Of a stretch of 64,000 bases of DNA, positions 27,386 to 39,074 are shown in pieces. The stretch is from Phaeosaccion multiseriatum. Taxonomy: Eukaryota; Protista; Ochrophyta, other classes. Position 1 is the stretch's first letter; every line of letters begins with the position of its first letter. A program made the position numbers and the translations under genes. The notes beneath the pieces are model-generated. The model ran no database searches. It saw only the letters and a program-made list of their open reading frames with translations, and was not told the DNA's origin. The DNA lies in assembly GCA_965112735.1 (NCBI GenBank), contig OZ218950.1, positions 4,278,001 to 4,342,000 of the forward strand, given 5' to 3'.

Positions 27386-27457
27386 GAGAAGGAGAAGGAG
27401 AAGGCGGTCGCTTCCGGACCAGAGCAGTCTGCTCCGGCTTCTGCTGCCAGAGCATGA
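22868..27457 (+). CDS. GCLC: Glutamate-cysteine ligase catalytic subunit (gamma-glutamylcysteine synthetase), animal/fungal/stramenopile type, multi-exon. A possible N-terminal extension starts at ATG 22808.
   Basis: Motifs [114 protein letters not shown]|[23 protein letters not shown]. Confidence 0.96.
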
Positions 27458-27520
27458 AGAGCGTGAGGAGGATGAGAGCTTTGGTGACATGGAGTGAAGT
27501 GCGCAGTCCCCCTTTGAGGG

Positions 27521-27675
27521 ACATAACCACCGAGGGCACTCTTCACTAATAGTACTACTAAGACATGAAACTGTCGACATAACCGAGGGCACTCTTCACT
27601 AATAGTACTACTAAGAATAGGAGAAGAAGAGTTAATACTTTTGTCAGGAAGCACCTGAAACTGTCGACATAACCT
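27521..27675. repeat. Short direct repeats downstream of GCL: 2x CCGAGGGCACTCTTCACTAATAGTACTACTAAGA and 2x GAAACTGTCGACATAACC
   Basis: Directly visible duplications. Confidence 0.8.
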
Positions 27676-27953
27676 CTATTCCAGACATCCCTGCTCTTCT
27701 GTGTCGGCTGCGCCCCCTGTAGTACGTATGTATGTACGGCGTGCTCCTTCGTCCCCCTTCTCGCCGGCACTCTCCTCCCCACCTTCCCGCTGCTCCTTTT
27801 TGCACTGCCTGCTGCTGCTGCTGCTGCTGCCATCCAGCCATTCGAGCTCTTTTAACGCCTCTATTAATGTGTTGCCACACCTTCCTCTGAACTTGGCGGG
27901 GATGCCTCTCATCACTCCTCGTCATCACAGTGCGCGCGTTGTCGACTGCTGGG

Positions 27954-28171
27954 CCCTCAGGCTGCCTCACTTGCCTCGAGTGACAAAGTCGACACTGAGG
28001 ACTCACACGCCCAAGAAGAAGGCTTCATCCACCAAAAAATCCGCAGGTGAGAAGCAAAGCCTATGAGTCCTCAGTCCTCGGTGTCGACTTGTTCAGGTGA
28101 GAAGCAAAGCCTGTGAGTCCTCAGTCCTCAGTGTCGACTTGTCACTCGAGGCAAGTGAGGCAGCCTGAGGG
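27954..28171. mobile_element. MITE/foldback-like element with ~49-bp terminal inverted repeats and an internal ~50-bp tandem duplication
   Basis: 27954-28003 (CCCTCAGGCTGCCTCACTTGCCTCGAGTGACAAAGTCGACACTGAGGACT) is the near-exact reverse complement of 28123-28171. No clear TSD. Confidence 0.6.
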
Positions 28172-28394
28172 ATGAGGGAATTCCTCCTCCCTCGCCGGCT
28201 TTACGTCTGACCTCCCTGAGGGCCTTGCAGGTTACTTTGGCTGCCCTGTGGGGAGTCATTGGTTGAGGTATAAAAAAAAGCCTCAAGGCTCAACCCGGAT
28301 GATAACCAAACTATCCACACAAGCTTTCCTGCCGCCGCACCACCACAACTGCTGCTGTATCACCACCTGCTCCTGCCCACCCGCTGCCCTTCCA

Positions 28395-31300
28395 TCACTC
28401 TTCGTCTCTCCTAGACCCGTCCTCGATCTGTTGGTCCTGTCCGTCCCCTACCTCCGGCTCTCCTCCCTCGAAGGGCTCCCCTCCCTCCAGGATAGGTTTG
28501 CCCATGAAGTCAAACTCAATGGCGCCGCCTTCGTCGTCCGCGTAACCGCCACCATAGCCCCCCCTGGCGCGCCCCCCAACCCACCCCCTTCCACCACTGC
28601 CACCCCCACGGCCCTTACTCCACGCCTGGCCGCCGCCGCCGCCGCCGCCGCTACCGCGGCCACTGCCGTTGCTGCTGCTTCTCCGCTGCTTTTTGGGCGG
28701 TGGGGGGCTGATGAGGCCTTGGTCCACTGCCTCTCGAAGGGTTCTGCGCACACGCACCGGCGGTATGAGGAGCGGCATGTGTGTGTGTGTGTGCATGCGT
28801 GTGTGTGCGTGTGTGTGCGTGTGTGTGTGTGTGCGCGTGGGCGGGGGGGGGCAGGAGAGATGAGTGAGTATAGGGCTGCTTTTGGATATCTTTTTGAACC
28901 TTTCCAAAGGTCACCACTCATTCCCTCTCCTCCTTCCCACCCCCTTTCTCCCCCCGTGCCCCACTGACCTGCAAGAAATCATGTTCACCCCCTTAAACAC
29001 CTCCTCCTCCCCTCCCTGTCCTCCTCCTCCTCCTCCTCCTCCTCCCGCCTCCGCCTCCTGTCTCTGTGCCCGGCTTGACCTCTTCTTGCGCCTGTTGGAC
29101 GTTACGACAATGTTCTTAAAGCCGTACTTGGCCGCCTCGGCCATTCTGCGGTCCAACTGCTGCACAGGCCGTAACTCGCCCCCGAGCCCGACCTCGCCAA
29201 TAAACACGGTATCCTAAAGGGGGGTAGGGAAGGGAGGAAGAGAGGGGGAGCGTGAGGGGTGAAGGGGTGAAGAGGTGAGTCCTCGTGATGGGGGGGGTGG
29301 TGCAGGGGGTATAGGGGGCTCCCCTCCTCCCTCTCTCCCTCCCTCCCTCCCTGACTGCGTTTCTGCCTGGCTGCCCCCCCTCCCTTCCTCCCTCCCCCCT
29401 CCCTCCCCCCCCTGCCTGCCCACTACACGCACCGGCTTGGTGGGAATTCCCGTGTAGCTGCTTACGATGGCTACCGCCATGGCAAGGTCAGCGGCTTTTT
29501 CTTGCACCTGGCCGAGTGTGAAACGGGTAAGTGAGAGAGGAGAGAGAGAGAGAGAGAGAGAGGGAGGGAGAGAGGGAGGAAGGGGGGAGAGGGGCAGAGA
29601 GAGAGAGAGAGGGAGGGAGGGAGATAAAGAGATAGACAGTGAATACCATGCACGAGAGGAGTGAGAGGAGTGCATGGACAGTTGCGTGGGCGATGGCGAT
29701 GGAGGAGGGCACTCGCAGAGCTGCAGGAGCTGCACGAAGGGTTCAGCACGAAGGGTTCAGCACGAAGGGTTCAGCACGAGGGTTCAGACCGAGAATCGAC
29801 TGAGGAGAGGGGAGGGCGGGGGCGCGACACTGCTGTTTCTGTTGCGCACGGGCGGGCGAGCTAAAGAAGGTAGCAGCAGTTGTTGATCACAGCAGCAGAA
29901 GCAGTTGGTGATGCAGCAGCCCTCGCACCTTGAAGCCTCCGACGACGTTGACGTACACCTCGCTGGCCTGCAAGTTATACCCCAGCCTCTTGTCCAGCAC
30001 CGCGAGGAGGAGGAGCAGGCGCTGGAGCGGCATGCCATCTGTGAGATGTGGGCGTGTATGCCGAGGGGGTAAAGAAAGAGGGCAAGGGGAGAGGGCGAGT
30101 GATGAGGGAGGGGTAAGGGCAAAGGCGAGGCAAGGCGAAGGCAAGGCAGGACGGGAGGAGGGAGGGAGGGAAGGAGGGGAGGAGGCACTTTGAAAAGAAA
30201 GGGAAGGAAGGACATAGAACTGAGAGGGCGCACGTGCTTTGAAACACACACACTGTTGGCTCACGCACGCACTTCTGCACTTGTGACTGACCTGCGGCCC
30301 TTCTGGGAGAGGGCAATCTGCTTGCAGTGACGAGGGACTGCAGCTCGCATGTGATGGGTCGAGTGCCCTCCAGCGCCACCATTACCGCCGTCCCGTCGGG
30401 GATGGGCTGGCAGATGGCCAGGCAGATGGGCAGGCAGATGGGCAGGCAGATGGGCAGGCAGATGGGCAGGCATATGGGGGGGGTACGTGGGTGGGTGGAC
30501 GGATAAGTCGGTGGTTGGGTGGGTAGGCAGGCAGGCTGGTGCGTAGGTAGGCAGGTAGGCAGTGGGGAAAAAAGAGGAAGGCAATGACAGAGACGAGAGA
30601 CGAGAGAGGAGAGAACAAAAAAAGTGACGCATATACGAGCTTAGCTTTCCACCTCCTCCTCGCCATCTCCCACCGGAGCCCCTTGCCCCTCCCTCCTGGG
30701 GTGAATGGGTTGTTGGCCTCACCGAGATACCCACTCACCATCTTATCGCCCCCCTGGGTTGTTGACATGAAGAGTGAGGACGGGTTCTCGACCTCCTCCA
30801 GTCCATCCTCCGTCATTTCGAACACCCCGATTTCGTTGCTCGAGCCGAAGCGATTCTTCACCGCACGAAGCAACCTGCAATGCATGGAAGTGCAAGGGGA
30901 AAGGAAAATATCCAAAAGGGAGGGCAAGCAGGCGGAGAGGATGTGAAGGGGGAGATGAGGAGGAGGAGGAGGAGGAGGAGGAGGAGCAGGAGGAGAAGGA
31001 GGAGGAGGAGGAGGAGGAGGAGGAGGAGGAGGAGGAGCAGGAGGAGGAGGAGCAGGAGGAGCAGGAGGAGGATAGGTTGGTATAAAAAGGTGACCAATAA
31101 ACTAAAACTAAAATCACCGGTAGGGGTTGAGCCTGTCTCCCTCGAGGTAGAGGACGGCATCGACCATGTGCTCCACCACCTTGGGTCCCGCCATGTCTCC
31201 GGCTTTGGTCACATGCCCAACAAGGACCACACACACACCGAGGCCCTTGGCAAGGTGCACCATGCGGGCGGAGCACTCCTTCACCTGGTTGGGGGGGGGG

Positions 31301-34300
31301 GTGGTTGGGTGTGGTTGGGTGTGGTGGGAGGTGTGGAGAGGAGGCGAGGAGAGGGGGAGGGGTATGAGAGATGAGAGTGGCATTACAGGCTCCGTACAGA
31401 ACAAGAGACGGGCACAAAAGTACATGCGAGCCCCCCTTCGCTCCTCCTCCTCCTTAGGCACACATTGGCTGACGATGGGCGTCACACCAACGCGCCCGCC
31501 CCTCCCCTGGCCAAGCTTCAGCCTCAGCCTCAGCCTCAGCCTCAGTCTCGCCTCCTCCACTTTCCTCCCTTCCCACACTCCCCCCCCCCCAACCCACATC
31601 CACCCACGCCCACCCACCCACCTGAGTCACACTCCCGGCGCTGGAGGCAACGTCTCCGCTGTGCATGGTCTGAATGGAGTCGATGATGAGCAGCAGGGGG
31701 AGGGGGTCCATGAGAGACACCTGGTCGGCGATGAGGTCAATGTCCGTCTCGGAGAGGATGAAGAGATCGTCAGATGTGATGCCCAGTCTAAGGGGACGGC
31801 ACGGCACGGCACGGCACGGCACGGCACGGCACGGCACGGCACGGACGCACACACGCACACACACATACACACAGGGAGAGAGAGGAGGGAGGTGAGAGAG
31901 GGAGGAACGCCAGGGAGGGTGGCAGAAATCACGAGAGAGAAGCAGTGTATATATATATATATAGAAAAAAGGAGGATGGCGGAATGACATGATAGAGAGG
32001 GACGCACTTTTTACGGACGGATGAACGGACGGAAAGAGGGTAAGGAAGGACATTCTGTGACGTTCTGGGACATTGCTTCCTTCTGCGGCGATAGGAAGGA
32101 CCCCTCCAACTTATGCCCTCCTTCCGCTTCCGGTACACAACATACCCTCACCCTCACCCTGACCCCTGACCCCTCACTCCCCATCCCTCACCCTCACCCT
32201 CACCCTCACCCATCTTTTTCACCCCTTATCACACCCCTGGCCCTCACCCTCACCCTCACCCCCCCACTCCGCACTCCTAGCCCTCACGCTCACGCTCACA
32301 CCCAGGCTCACCCTCACCCTCAACCTGACCCTTCACTCCACTCCCCCCACCCCTCCCCTCACGCTCACCCTCACTTCCACCACTCCCCACCACCTTCATC
32401 CCCCACTCCCCACTCCCCCCACCCCTCCCCTCACGCTCACCCTCACTTCCACCACTCCTCACCACCTTCATCCCCCACTCCCCACTCCCCCCACCCCTCA
32501 CCTTCTCGCCCGACCAGCGACTTGCGTGGTACTCTCCTCCCCGGACACATAAATGACGGGTCCGGTGGAGATGCCCTCTTTGACGCACCCCTCCTTCACC
32601 TCCTCAGAGGCCATTTGCCCGGCCAGCTGCATGATGAGCGTGGACTTGCCAATGCCCGGATCGCCCGTCATCATCATCATGGTGCCAGGGAGTAAGCCAC
32701 CGCCCAGCACGCGAGTAAGCTCCTTGCCAGGGATGGGGATGCGTCGGCTCGACTCGTCTTGGGTTGTGGTTGTGTGTGCGTGTCGTGTGTGTGCGCGATA
32801 TTTTCGTGTGTATGTATATGTATATATATATCGTGTGTGTGTGTGTGTGCGGTGGGCGGGCGACAGGTGGTGGCGACCAAGGGGGAGAGATGACCCAAGG
32901 CACAGGAGCAGGATGAGCAGGATGGGCAGGATGGGCAGAGTAAGGACGGGTGGACCAAGGTACAGTTCTCCCTAACAAAAAAGGCAGAGATTCAGTTTTC
33001 GTTTGCGCGTCTTTCAGTCTCCAGTTTCACGTTCAGCTCTACCCACCCCTTACGTAGATGTTACGTACGTGCAGTGAGGCTGGAGAGCGGGGTGGGCACA
33101 CCATAGCCCGCAGCGGACTCCGACGGCAGCCACGACCCGCCTCGGCCTCTCTCCGAGTCGCTGGGCAGACCAGGAGATCTGATACCCCCACCTCCCCCCC
33201 CCCCTCCTCCTCCTCCTCCTCCTCCTCCTCTCCCTCTTGCGAGCACGGAGCGAGGAATGCTCTTGAGAGTGCCCCCTGTATCTCGCTTGACCTTGAAGGG
33301 CTTGACGGTGTTCCACTCCTTGCAAGTTGGGCACCGCCCCACCCACTGCACCTGCTCTCCGCCGCAGCTTTCGCACACGAACACCTGTTGTGTGTTCGGT
33401 TAAGGGGCAAGTGTGGGTAGGTGGGTGAGTGAGTGGGTCGGTGCGTGAGTGAGCGGGCGGCGTGGGTGAGTGGGTTGGTGGGTGAGTGATGGAGAGATCG
33501 GTGAGTGAGTGAGGGAGGAAGGGAAAGAGCAAGTGTGCGAGTGCGTGAGTGAGTGAGTGAAGCAATGAGTGATTGATTGATTGAGTGATTGGTCTAGAGA
33601 GTGCGTGCCCCTCTCTTACCGTAGTTTCTTTCGACTTGCTGGTGCCCATCGCCTTCCTGGCGCTGGGCTGGCTCCGGCCATTCAGCCCCCAGGAGATCAT
33701 CCGCGGCCGAGGCAGCTTCTCTTCGTCGCTCAGCTGCGCCTCCGCCTTGGCCTCCATGCGCCGTTGTCTCGCTGCCGCCTTGACATCGAACCCCTTCTTC
33801 TCGCCTCCTCTGCTGTAGCTACCTCTGGCCTCCTCCTCCTCCTCCTCGTACCTTCCCTTGACCTCCTCTGCCTCCCTCCTCTTTCTGCGAGCTGCGTCCC
33901 TCCTCAGCCGGCGCTCTCTGATGCTCGGGGGGGCAGGTTTGTCGGCCATTAAACGATCGTACTCCTCTTGAGAGGTCGCACCTTGGTATTCTTCTTCCTC
34001 TTCGTCTTCTTCTTCCTCGTCGTCTTCCTCGGCTTGGTAGTCACTGAGTGTGTGTGAGACAGAGATGGGGATGCATCAGGGAGGGGCCGAAAGGTGATCA
34101 ACAGTCAGGATTCATTGATGTGCAGGAACCCCCGAAATCCAATACAAAGAGGAAAGTGGAACTACTCTCGTACCGTACTGCGGCCAGAGACGTCCGTGAC
34201 GGTCGAGAGGGGCCCGGAGCCGAGGGAAAGTGGGAGACTGCAGCAGCGTGTGCTTCCCATGGGCGGCCGGGGCCAACCCCAACCCCCCATCCTCTTCTCC

Positions 34301-34646
34301 TTCTCCTCTGGTGGGGTAAAGTTCCGGTCGTGCTGCTCCCGCTGCTATCACACCCACGCATGCGACACTGACACCGCAGCTGCTGCTGCTGCTCCCCTCC
34401 CAAAGGGGATTGCAGCCTACTGTGCCCCACACGTCTTGTCGTTGCTCTCATCCCATTCCTTCCGCTGCTCCCGCCCATAAAAGCCAAAGAACTTCTGTCG
34501 CGGCGCCTCCCTGCAAGCGTGTGTCGCGCTGAAGGATACCCGTTCACCTTTGCCCTGGCTCCAGAGGCTCCAGAGGCAGAGGTTAGAGGGATGCCAGCGA
34601 GAAGCGTCGACACCACTACAGCGGCTGCAGCAGCAGTAGTTACCAT
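28395..34646 (-). CDS. radA: DNA repair protein RadA/Sms (bacterial type), probably organelle-targeted, multi-exon
   Basis: Zinc finger [20 protein letters not shown] (33384-33300), [21 protein letters not shown] (Walker A), [20 protein letters not shown]|[79 protein letters not shown]. Start at ATG 34646 (alternative 34685). Confidence 0.95.
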
Positions 34647-34833
34647 GAGGGGCAGGCTCCTGTGCAAAGGTGGACTCAGTATCATCCTTGTTGAAGGAAA
34701 GAGGAGGGAGAAGAGAGAATCAAGAGAATCCGAGAGCGGGAAAGGAAAACAACCCGTCTACTTACAAATGGCACCTCGGGCCGATCTCTTTTTTCTTCTT
34801 TTCTCTCTCAAGTTCGGCACACAACCCAGAGTA
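34647..34833. promoter_or_regulatory. Putative compact bidirectional promoter between radA (-) and the epimerase gene (+)
   Basis: Divergent start codons lie under 200 bp apart. Inferred from the arrangement only. Confidence 0.4.
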
Positions 34834-36227
34834 ATGGTGCTCTCCAGTGTGACGGCCAGCAACAGTGCAGCTTCAGGACTCAAGGGATGTGTCAACCTCA
34901 GCTACGGGCAGCAGAGTCTCTCGGTGGCCTTGTTCGGCGGCCATCCTCTCAGGTTTGACATTCCCTCCGAGTGATTTGTGATTCTTCTCAGACTGTTGTC
35001 GTCCTTCTTCTTATTCTGTCCGTCCCTCTCCCCAGCTACAAAGTGGGCGGGGCGGACGTGCTTTACATGTCCGAGGACGCCAAGCTGGATGGGTCTAAAG
35101 CCATTCGAGGCGGCACTCCAATTGGTGAGAATCACATCCAATCAAGATATTCCTTCAGTCGTGCTCATTCTGTTGCCCCCGTATGTTCCAGTCTTTCCCC
35201 AGTTCCACAAGCCTGATCCTGCCATGCCCAGTCACGGATTTGCTCGAGTCAGGTCAGTCGCCTTACCATTCATTATTATTTTCCCTTGATGTGGGGAAGG
35301 GCCTCGGGGGGGGCGATGCGAGGGGTCAAAACCTCACTTGCACACAAGGTCCCAACGTCCCTTTGCACTGACCACCTGCCCCGTCTATCTCCTTGAAGCC
35401 AAAGATTTGACCCTATTGCTGATAAACTCACTGTGTCCCTTCCTTTTGCCTTTCCCCCTCCTCCTCCTGCCCTGCGGGCCTCAGCGAGTGGACCCTGACT
35501 GACATGGAGAGCGGAGACTCCTTCGCGAAGGCAGAACTGACCCTCACCGACTCTCCGGAGTCCCGAGCCATGTGGGACCACCCGTTCGTGCTCAAAGAGG
35601 TACCGATCTCACGTCCGTAACAGCATCACGCATGCCGTGTCCTGCCGTCGTGCTTTTACGATGTATGTCTCAATTGAACTCTATGTATCTATCCATCTAT
35701 GTATCTATCCATCTTTCTGTCCATCTATCGGTCCATTTGTCTACGTAACTATGTACTTCTAGTACTTGGTACCTGTTTTCTATCCATGTATCTCCCTTGT
35801 CCATCAATCCATCCATGTGCCTGTCTGCGTGCCTCATTCACAGGAGGTGCGCCTAGATGAGTCCGGCTTCTCGCTGGACCTTGTCATGCACAACACCGGG
35901 GACTCGCCCTTCTCCTGCCATGGCCTGCTCCATAACTACCTAAGGGTGTACCCCGACATTCCTTCCACGGGCGTGGAGGGCTTCGGAGGCAGGTAAATGT
36001 GCACTTCGGAGGGCTTTTCGTATGCAGTGGTGTGGATGTTGGGTGCTCGCGGAGGGTACGGCAGAACGGCAGCTCACGTAGTGGGCGTGCGGACGGAGGG
36101 TCCATCTCGAAAAGGCAGTGTAGGGAAGCTGCCTCAGTGTAGGGAAGCTGCCTCAGTGTAGGGAAGCTGCCTCAGGTTTGGCCCCATCTCTTCTGTTGCC
36201 CGTTTAATTCCAAGTGTGTCCGTCAGT

Positions 36228-36260
<33 letters not shown>

Positions 36261-38476
36261 TGTCAGTCTGTCTGAAATGTTCAGGCTCGATTGGGATAAA
36301 AGCCCCCCGAACGAAATGTGTGACCAGGTACAGCTGTGTGTAAGGATAGCTCTCATGACTGTTCTCTGAACTCGAATCGTTTGCCTGGTGCACGCCTGCT
36401 CTGCCTGTGCTGCCCTCCTGCTCTCCATGCTCTGCTCTCTCTCGCCTTTGCCTGCTCTGCTGGCCTCCCTGCTCTCCCCTTGCTCTTGTCTCAGCTCCTA
36501 CCTGGATGCCCTCCAGGACAGGGCCGTGAAAGTCGAGGAGAGGGACTACATTATCATCGATAAGGAAGTAGACGCTATCTTTGTTGGCGGCAGGGAAGGC
36601 AGCGGACAGGCGGGAGCGGCCAAGGGCGAGGTGTGCATAAGACACGCAAAAGGCCAGGCCCTTACCACCACCAAGATCAGCAGAAGCGCAAGCCTCAAGC
36701 TGGGCCCACAACCAGAGGAAAGGGTAAGTCGAGTCGCGCGGAAGGAAAAGGAGAGGGGAGAAGGAGGGGGCGACGGAGGGAGGGATGGCTTTTTACTTTT
36801 ACCCCCACCTGTGTTTATTCCTACCTCCTTCCTCACCTCTGAACCTTTTTCGCTTTGTCTGATCGTACGATGTGTCATGTCCACACCCCTTCTCCTCCTC
36901 TATCTCTCTCACATACACATACACTCTCTCTTTCCTTCGCACCTCTGTTTGTCTGTCTTGTCTCCTTTGTGCCTCCAGAGTACGGATATCCCTTGCGACG
37001 CTGTCTTTTGGAACCCCTGGGAAGCGAAGGCCCGATCACTCGGCGACATGGAGGCGGGCGGTCACCTTAAGTTTGTGTGCGTGGAGCCGGGGCTCGTTAC
37101 CAGGTACGTGGGTGTGCGTAGCGTGGCCAACACAGTGCAGCAGTAGGGGAGGGCGGACGACCTTCAATCTCCATCCATCCATCCATCCATCCATCCATCC
37201 ATCCATCCATCCATCCATTCATCCAGACATCCATCCATCCATCCACCCATCCATATCCATCCATACATACGTACGTACCGTACGTACATACATACAGACA
37301 TCCATCCATCCATCCATCCATCCATCCATCCATCCATCCATCCATCCATCCATCCATTCATCCATTCATCCATTCATCCATCCATTCATCCATCCATTCA
37401 TCCATCCATCCATACACCCATCCATCCATCCATCCATCCATCCATCCATCCATCCATCCATCCATCCATTCATCCACCCACCCTTCCCACCCATCCATTC
37501 ATCCATCCATCCATCCATCCATCCATCCATACATCCATCCATCCATCCATCCATTCATCCACCCACCCTCCCACCCATCCATTCATCCATCCATCCATCC
37601 ATCCATCCATCCATCCATCCATCCATCCATCCATCCATCCATCCATCCATCCATCCATCCGTTCATCCATCCATACATCCATTCATCCATCCGTTCATCC
37701 ATCCATCCATCCACCCATCCATCCATCCATTCATCCATCCATCCATTCATCCATCCATCCATCCATCCATCCATCCATCCATCCATCCATCCATCCATCC
37801 ATCCATCCATCCATCCATCCATCCATCCATCCATCCATCCATCCATCCATCCATCCATCCATCCATCCATCTATCCATCTATCCATCCATCCATCCATTC
37901 ATCCATCCATCCATCCATCCATCCATCCATTCATCCATCCATCCATCCATCCATCCATCCATCCATCCATCAATCGAGCCATCCATCCACCCACCCACCC
38001 TTCCCACCCATCCATCCATCCATCCATCCATCCATCCACCCATCCATCCATCCATCCATCCATCCATCCATCCATCCATCCACCCATCCATCCATCCATC
38101 CACCCATCCATCCATCCATCCATCCATCCATCCATCCATCCATCCATCCATCCATCCATCCATCCATCCATCCATCCACCCATCCATCCATCCATCCATC
38201 CATCCATCCATCCATCCATCCATCCATCCATCCACCCATCCATCCATCCATCCATCCATCCATCCATCTGTACTCGCCCGAGTGCTAGTGGTCACATCAC
38301 TCTCCCCATCCCTAGGCTGTCCCGCAACCCTCGCCCGCCATCTCTGTCTCTCTGACGCTGGCGCCTCATTTGCCGTGGCTGCTGTGGTGCATCGACTGAC
38401 TGGATTCAACTGCAGGAAGCACGAGGTTCCGGCAGGAGCGAAGCTGACCCTCAGCCAAGTCATTCGAGCGGATTGA
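34834..38476 (+). CDS. Glucose-6-phosphate 1-epimerase / D-hexose-6-phosphate mutarotase (aldose 1-epimerase family), ~8 exons
   Basis: Spliced motifs VALFGGHPL|[30 protein letters not shown]|[72 protein letters not shown], and terminal [11 protein letters not shown]. Confidence 0.92.
37171..38268. repeat. ~1.1 kb (CCAT)n tetranucleotide microsatellite in the last epimerase intron
   Basis: Directly visible. It generates the spurious HPSI/MDGW ORFs. Confidence 0.97.
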
Positions 38477-39074
38477 TGGCAGCACTGTCATGAATCGATA
38501 GGAAAGCAAAAGCCTCCAATAGACTACTGAGTAGCGGTGACGAAAGAGGGAAGGGAAAATGGAAGACGAAGGAGATGGGCGTGAGGAAACTTCTACTATT
38601 GAAACATACGCAGTTCACACATTTTCTTCCCGTGGGTTTGGCAAGACTGCGCCCAGTAATGGAGAGTCCTTTGTTTATGGATGCCCCGCGTCTCTTCGTT
38701 CATCAGAGCGGCTTCGTTGCTGCTGTCTTGCTTCCCCTCTATGTGAGCTGCGCAGCTCCTTCTCTACCTCCCCTCCCCTCCATGCAACAACCCCCTTTCT
38801 CTCCCCTCCACCCCCCGCCATCTACTTCGGCCTCTATCCTGATATCCTCTTGTCATCCAGGGCACTGGTGGTCATAGCATGGTGGTGAAGTTCCAGTGTT
38901 TAGCCGCCGCCCCTTTTCCTCCTCTCGCTGCAGACACTGCGCTTGCTTCGAAACGCCCCTGCTTCTCACCGCTAACTAGGCAGTTTACTTACCCTCGCTC
39001 CCCACCTTCTGCGCTGTCCCTGTCCCTGTCCACCACCCCCCTCCCTCCCTCCCTCCCTCCCTCCCTCCCTCCAC

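Noticed and set aside
27521-27675. Repeat-spacer-like pattern
   Set aside because: There are only two copies of each repeat, no cas genes, and the context is eukaryotic.
28395-34646. radA as recent bacterial HGT or contamination
   Set aside because: It is intron-rich with host-style microsatellites and a presequence, and organellar RadA homologues are expected in algae.
36872-38476. 534-aa ORF of HPSI repeats (and MDGW repeats on the other strand)
   Set aside because: It is the translation of an intronic (CCAT)n microsatellite. Only the last ~20 codons belong to the epimerase.
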